From a bacterium (GTDB lineage Bacteria; UBA10199; 2-02-FULL-50-16; JAJFLM01), in the NCBI GenBank assembly GCA_965216315.1, contig CBDCFN010000016.1:2304001-2368000 (forward strand): DNA of 64,000 nucleotides, given 5' to 3'. Numbering within the stretch: position 1 is the first letter of the stretch; every line of letters begins with the position of its first letter. Shown in pieces: positions 31,898-42,646 of the stretch. The position numbers and the translations under genes were made by a program. The notes beneath the pieces are model-generated. The model did no database searches and was not told the origin of the DNA. It was given only the letters and a program-made list of their open reading frames with translations.

Positions 31898-34359
31898 TGA
31901 GTAATTGTAGCTGAATCGGATTGAGTAACATCCTTAGAAAAGATTTCTTCAGAATCTTCCGCACCACCATCATCGACGAGAGGACTCTTTTTAAATAGGC
32001 TTTCGGGATTCTCCATCCGCAATGCAATCATCAGGACATCGTCCATATTCTCAACCGGCCTGACATCAAGCTGCTTGAGAATCTTCTTAGGAATATCCTT
32101 CAGATCTTTTTCATTTTCTTTGGGGATAATAATGAGTTTGATGCCGCCTCGATGCGCTGCAAGACTCTTCTCCTTGAGCCCGCCGATAGGAAGAACGCGT
32201 CCGCGCAAGGTAATTTCACCGGTCATCGCCACATCTTTACGAACAGGTATCTTTAAAAGAGCCGAGACAATCGCTGTCGCCATCGTAATACCTGCCGACG
32301 GACCATCTTTGGGAGTGGCTCCTTCCGGAACATGTATATGAATATCGAGACGTTGATAAAAATTGCGCGGCAGTCCAAAGGCCTGTGCGCGTGAACGCAC
32401 ATAACTCATCGCCGCCTGCGCCGACTCCTGCATGACATCACCTAGTTTGCCGGTCACCGTCAATTTTCCTTTACCAGGCACGACACTGACCTCGGTTTGA
32501 AGCAGTTCACCACCAAACTCAGTCCAAGCCAAGCCTGTTGACATGCCAACTTCATCCTTTTCCTCCATCGCCCCATATCGAAACTTAGGTGGTCCTAAAT
32601 AGGTAGGAATGTTTTTAGCCGCCACACGCACGCTTTTCTCAGATCCTTCTTCCGTTAATTTGCGCGCGACTTTACGGCAAATTTTGGCAATGACTCGATC
32701 GAGGTTTCTCACCCCGGCTTCACGCGTATAACGTCGAATGATATGCTTAATCGCGCTATCCAGTACCAGCAATTTCTCACTTGTCAGCCCGTGATCCTCG
32801 AGTTGTTTTCGAACCAAATACTTTTTAGCAATATTAAGTTTTTCATCTTCCGTATACCCAGGGATACGAATCATTTCCATACGGTCAAGCAATGGATGTG
32901 GGATTGAAGACAGCGTGTTGGCTGTCGTAATAAACATAACATGGGAAAGATCGTAATCCAGATCCAGATAATGATCGTTGAAAGTTGTGTTTTGTTCCGG
33001 ATCTAGAACCTCCAGCAGGGCCGCCGACGGGTCACCACGAAAGTCCATTGACATTTTATCGACCTCATCGAGAAGGAAGACCGGATTACTGGAACCTGCC
33101 TTTTTAAGGCTTTGAATAATCTTGCCCGGTAGCGCACCGATATAGGTCCGGCGATGGCCTCGAATCTCAGCCTCATCTCGAACGCCCCCTAAAGAGCAAC
33201 GAATAAACTTGCGGCCCATCGCACGCGCAATTGAGCGCGCCAGCGATGTCTTTCCGACACCCGGAGGTCCGACCAGGCACAAGATAGGGCCCTTCATCTT
33301 CTCAACCCGACTCAGTACGGCAAGATATTCGAGAATCCGTTCTTTCGGCTCATCAAGCCCATAATGATCCTCGTCGAGTACGTTGCGAGCCACTTTGATA
33401 TCAACCTTGTCCTCTGTCATGTCATACCATGGCAGGGAAATCGCCCAATCGATATAATTACGCACGACCGTCGCTTCGGCACTCATCGGACTCATCATCT
33501 TTAACTTGCGAAATTCTTTTTGGACTTTTTTGGTCGCCTCGGCGCTCATCTTCTTGCTCTTGATTTCGTCTTCCAGTTCTTGGAGTTCGCTCCTAAACTC
33601 ATCTCTCTCTCCGAGCTCACGCTGAATGGCCTGCATTTGTTCATTGAGGTAATATTCCTTTTGCGTCTTCTCCATTTGCTTCTTGACGCGACCACGAATT
33701 TTTTTCTCAACCTGCAAGATCTCTATTTCCGACTGCAAATGACCATAGAGTTTTTCAAGGCGTTCGGCTGGAATTTCCGTTTCTAATAATTTTTGTTTAT
33801 CAGATAACTTCAATTGGAGATGAGCAACGATCGTATCGGCTAAACGCGAAGGGTCATCAATCGTCGCAACAGACGTCATCATTTCAGGCGGAATATATTT
33901 GTTCAACTTGATGTATTGCTCAAAGGTCGTCTTGACGGTACGCATGAGAGCTTCGATCTCTGTCGTCAACTCCCGATTCTCATACACTTCATCGACCTCG
34001 GCTAAAAAGAACGGCGTTTTTGCTACAAACTCTTTAATACGTGCGCGCCGTTTACCTTCTACCAGCACCTTGACAGTCCCATCGGGCAAACGCAGGAGCT
34101 GAATGATCGTCCCCAGCGTTCCCATCCTATAAATATCTTCTTCTTTGGGGTCATTCGTTTTGGCATTGACCTGTGCCGCCAGCAAAATGTCCTTCTCTTT
34201 GCTCATCGCCTCATCCAAGGCGGCTATCGATTTCTCCCGGCCAACAAAAAGGGGCACGACCATGTGGGGAAAGACAATGATGTCACGAAGCGGCAGCAGG
34301 GGAACACCGACTCCCTTAGGCCCTTTCGCTTCTTCCATATCATCCTTAACAAAACCCAT
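31894..34359 (-). CDS. lon: Lon protease
   Basis: [24 protein letters not shown]. Confidence 0.98.
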   Translation of the reverse strand: MGFVKDDMEEAKGPKGVGVPLLPLRDIIVFPHMVVPLFVGREKSIAALDEAMSKEKDILLAAQVNAKTNDPKEEDIYRMGTLGTIIQLLRLPDGTVKVLVEGKRRARIKEFVAKTPFFLAEVDEVYENRELTTEIEALMRTVKTTFEQYIKLNKYIPPEMMTSVATIDDPSRLADTIVAHLQLKLSDKQKLLETEIPAERLEKLYGHLQSEIEILQVEKKIRGRVKKQMEKTQKEYYLNEQMQAIQRELGERDEFRSELQELEDEIKSKKMSAEATKKVQKEFRKLKMMSPMSAEATVVRNYIDWAISLPWYDMTEDKVDIKVARNVLDEDHYGLDEPKERILEYLAVLSRVEKMKGPILCLVGPPGVGKTSLARSIARAMGRKFIRCSLGGVRDEAEIRGHRRTYIGALPGKIIQSLKKAGSSNPVFLLDEVDKMSMDFRGDPSAALLEVLDPEQNTTFNDHYLDLDYDLSHVMFITTANTLSSIPHPLLDRMEMIRIPGYTEDEKLNIAKKYLVRKQLEDHGLTSEKLLVLDSAIKHIIRRYTREAGVRNLDRVIAKICRKVARKLTEEGSEKSVRVAAKNIPTYLGPPKFRYGAMEEKDEVGMSTGLAWTEFGGELLQTEVSVVPGKGKLTVTGKLGDVMQESAQAAMSYVRSRAQAFGLPRNFYQRLDIHIHVPEGATPKDGPSAGITMATAIVSALLKIPVRKDVAMTGEITLRGRVLPIGGLKEKSLAAHRGGIKLIIIPKENEKDLKDIPKKILKQLDVRPVENMDDVLMIALRMENPESLFKKSPLVDDGGAEDSEEIFSKDVTQSDSATITH

Positions 34360-34404
34360 AGTAATTCTCTTTAACTAAAGATTGAACTGCCGCCGTATCT
34401 GCCG

Positions 34405-35658
34405 TTAAGCAGATTCGGCCTCTTTTTCATAGACGACGACCGGTTCGCCCTTCTTAACGATAACATCTTCGTTAATGATAACTTCCTTGATATCGTCGTT
34501 AGAAGGGACATCGTACATTATGTCTAACATAATGTGCTCGAGGATGGCACGCAAGCCCCGAGCCCCGGATTTTCTTTTAGCGGCCTCTCGGGCGACGGCA
34601 CGGAGCGCGCCCTCCCGGAATTTCAGCTTCACCTTCTCAAAATCGAAAAGGCGTTGATACTGCTTCACCAGGGCGTTTCTCGGCTTGGTCATTATCTCAA
34701 CCAAGGAGTTTTCATCTAACTCCCCTAAGGTCGCAATGACGGGAATACGCCCAATGAACTCTGGGATAAGCCCGAATTTCAACAGATCTTCAGTCAGTGT
34801 CTTAGGCAATAGTTGACTAACACCCATTTCCTTATGTGTCTGCAGATCTGCCCCAAAACCTAAGCTCTTAGTTCCGATGCGGCGCCGAATAATGTCCTCG
34901 AGACCAACAAACGCACCACCAACGATAAATAAAATGTTGGAGGTATCAATCGGAATAAACTCTTGCTGCGGATGCTTGCGTCCCCCTTTGGGAGGCACAT
35001 TGGCAACCGTTCCCTCAATAATTTTCAGTAATGCCTGCTGAACCCCTTCGCCTGAAACGTCGCGTGTAATGGAGGGACTATCGGCCTTGCGACTTATCTT
35101 ATCAATTTCATCGATGTAGACAATGCCCCGCTCACAGCGCGCCTTATCATAGTCCGCGGCCTGCAAGAGATTGAGAATAATATTCTCGACGTCTTCACCA
35201 ACATAACCGGCTTCGGTCAGGGTTGTAGCATCAGCAATCGTAAAAGGAACATTAAGAATTTTTGCCAACGTCTGTGCGAGCAACGTCTTACCGCAACCCG
35301 TCGGACCAATCAGTAGGATATTGCTCTTTTGGAGTTCGACATCGCTCGTTGAACCCCGTGCCTCAATCCGTTTGTAGTGGTTATAAACCGCGACAGCCAG
35401 AACCTTCTTGGCCCGTTCCTGGCCGATGACATATTCGTCTAAGATATTTTTGATTTCATGCGGCTTGGGAATACCGGTCTTAGCAGTCGATTGATCTGTC
35501 CGTGCATTCTCTTCGGCGATAATGTCATTACATAGATCAATACATTCATCGCAAATATAGACCGTGGGTCCTGCGATCAGCTTTCTAACTTCCTTTTGCG
35601 ACTTGCCACAAAAGGAACAAGAAAGATTCGTTGGGTCATCCACATAATTTCGACTCAT
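34405..35658 (-). CDS. clpX: ClpX ATPase
   Basis: CSFCGKSQ zinc finger, [18 protein letters not shown]. Confidence 0.98.
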   Translation of the reverse strand: MSRNYVDDPTNLSCSFCGKSQKEVRKLIAGPTVYICDECIDLCNDIIAEENARTDQSTAKTGIPKPHEIKNILDEYVIGQERAKKVLAVAVYNHYKRIEARGSTSDVELQKSNILLIGPTGCGKTLLAQTLAKILNVPFTIADATTLTEAGYVGEDVENIILNLLQAADYDKARCERGIVYIDEIDKISRKADSPSITRDVSGEGVQQALLKIIEGTVANVPPKGGRKHPQQEFIPIDTSNILFIVGGAFVGLEDIIRRRIGTKSLGFGADLQTHKEMGVSQLLPKTLTEDLLKFGLIPEFIGRIPVIATLGELDENSLVEIMTKPRNALVKQYQRLFDFEKVKLKFREGALRAVAREAAKRKSGARGLRAILEHIMLDIMYDVPSNDDIKEVIINEDVIVKKGEPVVVYEKEAESA

Positions 35659-35666
35659 TGAATCAC

Positions 35667-36308
35667 CTACTTCTTGGTGCCACTCACAACTTCCATTTTT
35701 TTATCAATATCTCGTGACCTAATCACGTCATCTACCAAGCCGTACTCAACGGCCTCCTCGCCAGACATGAAAAAATCACGCTCCGTATCGGCCTGTATCT
35801 TCTTAATCGACTGGCCCGTTGCCTTAGCTAGTATGTTATTCAGTTCCTCGCGCAATCGCAAGATTTCTCGGGCATGGATATCAATATCGGTCGCTTGGCC
35901 TTGAAATCCGCCCATTGGCTGGTGGATGAGGATGCGGGAATGCGGGAGGGCATGGCGTTTGCCTTTAGTCCCGGCAGCAAGCAGTACAGCCCCCATAGAG
36001 GCCGCCTGACCCACACAGAGAGTCGACACGTCCGGTTTTACATACCGCATCGTGTCAAGAATGGCGAGACCGGCAGTGACGGAACCGCCCGGCGAATTGA
36101 CATAGACGTAAATATCTTTTTCCGGGTCATCTGATTCCAAAAAAAGCATCTGCGCAATGATCAAATTGGCCATATCATCCCCAATGGCCGTCCCGATAAA
36201 GATAATTCGGTCTTTTAAGAGCCGAGAAAAGATGTCATAGGCCCGCTCCCCTCGGTGGGTCTGCTCAATGACCATGGGCACTAACGTCGAGGCATACGGT
36301 CCGCTCAT
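35667..36308 (-). CDS. clpP: ClpP protease
   Basis: [25 protein letters not shown]. Confidence 0.98.
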   Translation of the reverse strand: MSGPYASTLVPMVIEQTHRGERAYDIFSRLLKDRIIFIGTAIGDDMANLIIAQMLFLESDDPEKDIYVYVNSPGGSVTAGLAILDTMRYVKPDVSTLCVGQAASMGAVLLAAGTKGKRHALPHSRILIHQPMGGFQGQATDIDIHAREILRLREELNNILAKATGQSIKKIQADTERDFFMSGEEAVEYGLVDDVIRSRDIDKKMEVVSGTKK

Positions 36309-36332
36309 AATTCCCCCATTAAGTATTTAAAT

Positions 36333-37637
36333 TTATTCACTTTTTTTTGCCTGCTTTGTATCGATTTTAGCTTCAGCCAGAATAAAATCAAGGGTTTTGT
36401 CCTGCAGGATCAAGGCATCCAATTGGCGCATTCGATCCTGATTGGCTTCGTAGAACTGCCGCACATTCACTTTTTGCTGATTCGTCATGCGCGCCACTTC
36501 CTCCAACTTCGCTTCCCTATCTTCATCGTTGACCTGAATGCTTTCATCAATCCAGATTCTCTCAAAAAGCAACATGCCTTTCACGCGCAACGTCGCCTCG
36601 GCTAAATTCTTTTCGCGGAACACTTCCGGTGTAATTCCAAGGGCCTCTGCTGACTGACCCTGCATCTTTAAATTCTGAGTCAGTTGATCAAACATGCTCG
36701 CAAGTTCGCTTTCAATCATCGACTCAGGAACCTCAAACTCATTCGCTTTCACAAGTGACTCGACAACTTCCCGATGGAGTCTGCCTCTATCGGCGCGCTT
36801 TTTCTGTCCAGCCAGGTCCTCCTTGATCTGTTTTTTTAAAGCTTTCAGATCTTCCTGGCCCAAGTCTTTGGCAAACTCATCATCTAACTTGGGCAACACC
36901 TTTTGTTTCACATCCTTTAAATGCACGGAGTAATGCATTTTTTTGCCTGCAAAGTTCTTATCGGCAAAATCATCCGGTAGAGTTACGTCTATTTCCCGTT
37001 TATCACCAATTTTAGCGTCTTTGAGATTATCTTCGAATTCTTTCAGCAGGGTCCCGCTGCCAAACTCCGCCATGTAACCATCCACCTTATTGCCTTCAAA
37101 AGACTGGCCTTCTTTAAGGGCCTCATAATCAAAGGTAATCACGTCACCCTTTTTAAGCGCTCGCGGAGGATCAATAGATTCCAGCTTGGCGCGATGGTTT
37201 TGAAGTTGCGTCAACTGGTCTTTGAGCTCCTTGTCGGTTACTTTCGCGGCCTCCGGTTTCAGCTTGAGACCTTTGTATTTTTGAATTGCTCCCAACTCGG
37301 GCTTCACCTCAAAACGAGCTACATAGACGAGTTCTTTAATCGGATCGAAGCGCGTGATCTCAATCTGTGGATAGGAGAGCGGAAAAATCCCTTCCTGGGT
37401 CAGCGCCTCCGGATAGGTCTGATCCACTAAGGAGCGCATCGCCTGACTTTCAGCATCTTGCTGGTAGTGTTTTTCAAGGACATTACGCGGGACCTTGCCG
37501 GGCCGAAACCCTTTGAGCTTGGCCGTCTTCTTTATCTCATCGTAGGCGGCGTCGATATGCTCGCTCACCCGGTCCGCATCGACCTGAATCTCGACCTTCT
37601 TCTTAATGGGTGATTCTTGTTCAACTGTAACTTTCAT
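36333..37637 (-). CDS. tig: Trigger factor
   Basis: GFRPGKVP; true start ATG 37637 with GGAG SD (track start lies inside the tRNA). Confidence 0.95.
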   Translation of the reverse strand: MKVTVEQESPIKKKVEIQVDADRVSEHIDAAYDEIKKTAKLKGFRPGKVPRNVLEKHYQQDAESQAMRSLVDQTYPEALTQEGIFPLSYPQIEITRFDPIKELVYVARFEVKPELGAIQKYKGLKLKPEAAKVTDKELKDQLTQLQNHRAKLESIDPPRALKKGDVITFDYEALKEGQSFEGNKVDGYMAEFGSGTLLKEFEDNLKDAKIGDKREIDVTLPDDFADKNFAGKKMHYSVHLKDVKQKVLPKLDDEFAKDLGQEDLKALKKQIKEDLAGQKKRADRGRLHREVVESLVKANEFEVPESMIESELASMFDQLTQNLKMQGQSAEALGITPEVFREKNLAEATLRVKGMLLFERIWIDESIQVNDEDREAKLEEVARMTNQQKVNVRQFYEANQDRMRQLDALILQDKTLDFILAEAKIDTKQAKKSE

Positions 37638-37652
37638 AAGTGGCTCTCCATA

Positions 37653-37734
37653 TGCGAGCGGAGGGACTCGAACCCCCACGACTTGCGCCACTAGGTTCTA
37701 AGCCTAGCGCGTCTACCAATTCCGCCACGCTCGC
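37653..37734 (-). tRNA. tRNA-Leu(TAG)
   Basis: GCGAGCGTGGCGGAATTGGTAGACGC, CTAGG-CTTAGAA-CCTAG. Confidence 0.95.
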
Positions 37735-37744
37735 GCAGTATCAC

Positions 37745-37802
37745 AGGGGCTCACGTCGCCCCCTCCGGTCGGCAAAGCCGCCGGAGTCTCCCCCTCTCGC
37801 TC
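37745..37802 (-). repeat. REP-like element, copy of 10299-10355
   Basis: Reverse complement aligns, with compensatory CTCCGG/CCGGAG vs CTCCAG/CTGGAG. Confidence 0.8.
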
Positions 37803-38000
37803 GCTAGCGATTTCATCGCAATCGAGTACGCGATGGGGGGTTGTCAGGGGGGAGAGAGTTATCGCCCCCATGACTTTAGCACAACGGAAGCTGCGCTTTC
37901 GTTGTGCGGACAGAATACCTTGAGATTTCGGTAAGTTGCAAGAAGAAAGGCGAGGGACTCATTGACAATTGAGTCGGTATGAACGAGAAACGGCGCGAAT

Positions 38001-38073
<73 letters not shown>

Positions 38074-38089
38074 CATTTGACACCTAAGC

Positions 38090-38656
38090 TTGTTAAACCC
38101 GTCCAAAGCAATGCCGGATAACGATGATCCACTCATAAGCCAGACATGGAACGATATAGTGGAACGTGACCCCCTCGTCTCGTTCTCGTGGTATCTCTCT
38201 GGCCGGAAAAATTGCCTTCTGGAGATCGGACAGGAGGTCATTTCCACTCTCGATAATGCGTTTTCTAGCGATCTCGTAGACGGTGGTCAATTTGAGCGAG
38301 CTGAAATGCTCATGTGGTTGTGGATTCTCGGCGCCTATGAGATCACGCGAACGATGTGTCAGGCAAAGGAGTGCTTTTCACCAGCGTGCAGCTCCCGGCT
38401 TCGCTCGCTCAAGAAAGAACTGGCTCAGGCGCGTATGCCAGCAGCAAAGATGGAAAAACCTAGACAGAGGACTCCCGTCATATCGAATCGCTCTCCTGCA
38501 GAATGGGATCTGCCCAACCGAGATTTAGTCATCGGAGACCCGATGTCCTCAATGCTCTCCGCACGCAACCTATTAAAAAAATTCGAAGATGTTCTTACTT
38601 TCATCTCGCGTGATGACATTCTCAAAAAACACGAGGACTCATACAAGGAAAATTAA
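38090..38656 (+). CDS. Hypothetical helical protein
   Basis: 188-aa ORF directly after tRNA-Lys; start may be ATG 38111. Confidence 0.6.
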   Translation: MLNPSKAMPDNDDPLISQTWNDIVERDPLVSFSWYLSGRKNCLLEIGQEVISTLDNAFSSDLVDGGQFERAEMLMWLWILGAYEITRTMCQAKECFSPACSSRLRSLKKELAQARMPAAKMEKPRQRTPVISNRSPAEWDLPNRDLVIGDPMSSMLSARNLLKKFEDVLTFISRDDILKKHEDSYKEN

Positions 38657-38667
38657 CTCAAAGTCTG

Positions 38668-39966
38668 TCAATCATCTTCTATAATAACTCCCGAAAAATT
38701 TGCTAACCTAACAACACCTGAAACATCATAAATGGCTGCATTACCTTCGATTGTTTTATTGAGATAGTTTGCTTTTAAAAGTGGTCTTGCCCTATTTGTA
38801 AACTCAACTGATGATTTCAAAGAAAGCCTTTGATACTCTTTTGGACGAATTGGTCCTTCAGAAAGAATATTATTTAATATATCTTTTTCTTTTGGCTTCA
38901 AGGTATCTAAGGCAAGCTGATTTGCCATAATATTCTTTAGAAACGACAAACCTATTCCCCTCCCAATCCTAGTTACAGTGGGATTTTCCTTAAATATCGC
39001 CCTTACAATGTCATCACACGCTTTAAGAACAGCGCGAATTTCCCCATCTGAATTCTGATAAATATCTCTAATCAATTGCTCATCTATCGGCAATAAGGGA
39101 GGTGTGGAGATATTATTTATGGCATACAAACGCCTGCGAATATTGAGCACTTCAATGACTTCATCCTCACTGAGTGGTGCTAAATATGTTTCTTGTCCCG
39201 AAACTATTTCGGCGACCCTTGATGACTTTGTAGCTAGTGTCGAGTAAATACCAGGATATCCAATCAATATTGTCCAGAGGCCCTCAATTTCAAAAAGATA
39301 GTCACGCATTTGGTCCATGAGCGAGGTAAATTCAGTCTCGTCTATTATCTCCAAATTGTTAAGATTTAGAAATATTCCCTTCAGATCAAAATGCTTCTTA
39401 ACAGTTTTTATGATCGTTCTGATTTGTTCACAATAAGTTGTAGCGGGGATTTGGTCAGGTGGACGAAATTCTTTCGTACTGCTTCCCGACACTCCTAGAC
39501 CCGCCACACTGCCACCAAGAGATGTACTCGTCGTGGGCACAATTTCTGAAACCCATTGAAGTAATGGCTCTAATTCTACTGGGAAAGGAATGCCAGTTGC
39601 AGAGCTATATCCTCGAATAGAATACATTATACTTGAAATGCACTTAAACAACAGATTCCCAACCTGCTCCGAAGGCTCTATTTGCACTTTATGAAAACAT
39701 GGCAGCAAATAGGATTCATGGTACGCTAAACCATCGAATAGTGGTTCAGATTGGCTACAGGCGAATTCCATAATGTTCACAAAACTTGTTTTTCCAACAC
39801 CTCGATGCCCACTCACTACGGCCAAGGCGCGATCTTCCGAAGAAATGTCCACCATGAAACTATTGAGGTTGATGAGCCTTCCAACAAAATATTGGGCATC
39901 ATCCTTGGTGGGTCTTAGTGGCTTAGTATTGAAAATATTCTGTGAGAACCCGAAGCTATCGTACAT
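38668..39966 (-). CDS. P-loop ATPase with C-terminal wHTH-like region, AT-rich
   Basis: GHRGVGKTS; Walker-B-like FLNLNNLE; SDGEIR. Confidence 0.75.
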   Translation of the reverse strand: MYDSFGFSQNIFNTKPLRPTKDDAQYFVGRLINLNSFMVDISSEDRALAVVSGHRGVGKTSFVNIMEFACSQSEPLFDGLAYHESYLLPCFHKVQIEPSEQVGNLLFKCISSIMYSIRGYSSATGIPFPVELEPLLQWVSEIVPTTSTSLGGSVAGLGVSGSSTKEFRPPDQIPATTYCEQIRTIIKTVKKHFDLKGIFLNLNNLEIIDETEFTSLMDQMRDYLFEIEGLWTILIGYPGIYSTLATKSSRVAEIVSGQETYLAPLSEDEVIEVLNIRRRLYAINNISTPPLLPIDEQLIRDIYQNSDGEIRAVLKACDDIVRAIFKENPTVTRIGRGIGLSFLKNIMANQLALDTLKPKEKDILNNILSEGPIRPKEYQRLSLKSSVEFTNRARPLLKANYLNKTIEGNAAIYDVSGVVRLANFSGVIIEDD

Positions 39967-40102
39967 CCGTAGACCTATTGATGGACTCGGAGCTTATCTC
40001 CGAGTCATTGAAATTATTAAGGAATTTCTATTTCTGGTTAATTTTGCTGTTTTTACCCTCTGAAATGCTCATTCACAACTGCTAATTCCTGTTTGTTGAG
40101 GG

Positions 40103-41125
40103 CTATGCCTCAAAAGCCTTCTCGAAGGGGGCCTTCCGCTTGTACCCCAGGCGCTGGATAAGGCGCGTTGCCACGCGATTCTCCGTCTCGACCCACTGCT
40201 GGTCGGATGCGCCCGTTCCAACCCTGAGGGCCCCACCGGCAATCATGTCATGGCCGCCGGCCGCCCCTTTGACTTCGAGCACTTGCTTGAGCAACTGGCC
40301 CGCCTCGGACCTGACGTTGCTGGTGCGCAGCGAGATATGCAGGCGGTCACGAAAGCGGCCGGTACAGACACTCCAGGTCTTGCCGTGACAACTCAACAAA
40401 AAATCCGCCGTCTGGCTGACCAGATCGGGATTGGGAATCCGTCCCAAGTGGACCCCGATCACGCGACCACATTGAAAGGCCTGCTGAATCGCGCGTCCGA
40501 CCGTCGCAAAATACGCATCCGAACGCGGCGGATGCTCGATCCGTGCCAATGACCGCATGGAGACGTGCGGAAACAACGTCGTATACACCTTTATATCCGC
40601 CGGGCTTTCTTCGCGCCCTAGGTTTTGGGTCTCCGAACTGATCCCGTAAGCGAGCGCCGTCGCCAATTGACGCGGAATCCGCACACCGGCATCCAACAGG
40701 GCCTCGGTGATAATCGTCGACGTCGCCCCATAGTGTTCGCGCACCAAGGTATATTCGGCCTTGGTCTTTCGATGCAGCGGGTGATGGTCAATGACGATAC
40801 GAGCCAACTGCGCGGCGGGAAAGGCGTTATTGGCAAAGGGCGGCTGCGTATCCACCAAGGCCACATTGGTATCCGGCTGCAGATCACGGGAACGCAACTT
40901 TTGCAGCGGAATCTTGAGCTCCCGTTTCATCACCTGATTTTCCATCCGTCCAATGATGCCTCCATAAACCAGGCGGGAGCGAATCCCATATTTCTCGCCG
41001 GCAAGCAGCTGCAAGGCATAAGCACTCGCCATCGCGTCAGGGTCCGGGTGATCATGCGTCATAATCAAGAGGGGCGAGAGTGAATCTTGCTTGGCCTTAA
41101 GATATTCGTTGAGTTCGTGAGGCAT
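40103..41125 (-). CDS. DHH-family phosphoesterase
   Basis: HDHPDPDA, VDT, IDHH, GGH. Confidence 0.9.
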   Translation of the reverse strand: MPHELNEYLKAKQDSLSPLLIMTHDHPDPDAMASAYALQLLAGEKYGIRSRLVYGGIIGRMENQVMKRELKIPLQKLRSRDLQPDTNVALVDTQPPFANNAFPAAQLARIVIDHHPLHRKTKAEYTLVREHYGATSTIITEALLDAGVRIPRQLATALAYGISSETQNLGREESPADIKVYTTLFPHVSMRSLARIEHPPRSDAYFATVGRAIQQAFQCGRVIGVHLGRIPNPDLVSQTADFLLSCHGKTWSVCTGRFRDRLHISLRTSNVRSEAGQLLKQVLEVKGAAGGHDMIAGGALRVGTGASDQQWVETENRVATRLIQRLGYKRKAPFEKAFEA

Positions 41126-41146
41126 CGATATTAAGGATATACCTCT

Positions 41147-41770
41147 ATGGCCGCACTCGTCGCAACATTAGACTTAGAAGGTGTGTTCATCCCGGAGATT
41201 TGGATCAACGTGGCCAAAAAAACGGGAATCGAAGAACTCCGCCTCACGACCCGGGACATCCCCGATTATGACGAGCTCATGCAGCGCCGGCTGCGTATCT
41301 TGGATCAGCACAACATCACCCTCGATCAGATCCAAGAAGTGATCGGCACGCTCACTCCATTAGACGGGGCCAAAGAAATGTTGGCATGGCTCAAGGCCCA
41401 TTACCAAGTCATCATCCTTTCGGACACGTTTTATGAGTTCTCTTATCCACTGATGAAGCAATTGGATTTCCCGACCTTATTCTGTCATTCCCTCGAGGTT
41501 GATGAAACGGGAAAGGTCACGAATTACAAACTCCGCATGCCGGACCAGAAACGCGAATCCGTCAAGGCCCTCAAGGGGCTCAACTTTAGAGTCATCGCCG
41601 CCGGGGATTCCTATAATGATACAACCATGCTGATGGAAGCCGACGCGGGCATACTCTTCAGCCCACCCCAGAACGTGATCGACGAATTTCCGCAGTTTCC
41701 GGTCACGAATAATTATGTTGAATTAAAGGCCGCCTTTGAACGCGCCTCCCACCAATTATCATCGCTGTAA
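41147..41770 (+). CDS. thrH: Phosphoserine phosphatase/homoserine phosphotransferase
   Basis: LDLEGV..PEIW, LSDTFYEF, GDSYNDTTML. Confidence 0.92.
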   Translation: MAALVATLDLEGVFIPEIWINVAKKTGIEELRLTTRDIPDYDELMQRRLRILDQHNITLDQIQEVIGTLTPLDGAKEMLAWLKAHYQVIILSDTFYEFSYPLMKQLDFPTLFCHSLEVDETGKVTNYKLRMPDQKRESVKALKGLNFRVIAAGDSYNDTTMLMEADAGILFSPPQNVIDEFPQFPVTNNYVELKAAFERASHQLSSL

Positions 41771-42583
41771 TTCAGGGCAAAAAAAGGTCGCACGCTGCTG
41801 CTGCACAATGCGCCGCACCAAACCGCGGCCATCAAGTGTTGGCTGGCCTTCGCGGTCATACACTTGCAACAATTCTTTCATTTTTCCGCGATGGCCGAGG
41901 CCACTGAGGTAATCACGAAAGGTTGTGCCACCATACTGAATGCCCAGTTCCAAGCGGTCGCGCGCCGACGCCAGCAAGCGCTCCAATTCTGAATCCGAAG
42001 TTTCACCGACAACACGGCGCGGATCCAGCTCGGCGTGATAAAGCGCTTCACAAGCATAGATATTGCCCATCCCGGCCGCAATTTTTTGATTGAGCAGCAA
42101 CGTTTTCAAATTAAGTTTACGATGGTGTCGGCAACGCTGGATGAAATCAGCGGTCTTGAGGGTGGGGTCCAGATAGTCAGGGCCCAGGCGCGCTAAGAAA
42201 GGATTTCTGAGTGGGTTGTGGTCAGCCAGCGAAAGCGTTCCAAACCGGCGCGCATCGATGAAACGCAACAAACTTCCATCCTGAAAACTGAGTTCGAGAT
42301 GAGTGTGTTTCGGGCGACTGGGAATTGCTTTATCGTAAAAAAGCAAACGCCCGGACATGCCTAAATGGATCACGAGATAGCCCGATCGATCGGTCGCAAC
42401 GAGCAGATACTTACCCCAGCGAGTAATGCCCTGCAAAGTCGCGTCCAGTAAGGATTGGCGGACGGCCCCTCGTGTCGTCGTCTCAACCGGCGCCACCGCG
42501 GACAGGTAAAGTCGCGCCACGGATCGCGGAAAAAGCGGCGCCAGCTCACGACGCACCGTTTCAACTTCGGGGAGTTCAGGCAT
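41759..42583 (-). CDS. mutM: Formamidopyrimidine-DNA glycosylase
   Basis: MPELPEVET, HLGMSG, D.RRFG, GMGNIYACE. Confidence 0.93.
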   Translation of the reverse strand: MPELPEVETVRRELAPLFPRSVARLYLSAVAPVETTTRGAVRQSLLDATLQGITRWGKYLLVATDRSGYLVIHLGMSGRLLFYDKAIPSRPKHTHLELSFQDGSLLRFIDARRFGTLSLADHNPLRNPFLARLGPDYLDPTLKTADFIQRCRHHRKLNLKTLLLNQKIAAGMGNIYACEALYHAELDPRRVVGETSDSELERLLASARDRLELGIQYGGTTFRDYLSGLGHRGKMKELLQVYDREGQPTLDGRGLVRRIVQQQRATFFCPELQR

Positions 42584-42646
42584 AATTCACAGCTTTCCTA
42601 CCAAATTCTGAACCCTTCTGCTACACTCACATATCCTGCAAATTTT

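Noticed and set aside
37638..37691. N-terminal extension of trigger factor in the ORF track
   Set aside because: Overlaps tRNA-Leu; ATG 37637 has its own SD
38074..40100. Intact integrative element or prophage at tRNA-Lys
   Set aside because: No integrase, phage genes or duplicated tRNA 3' end seen
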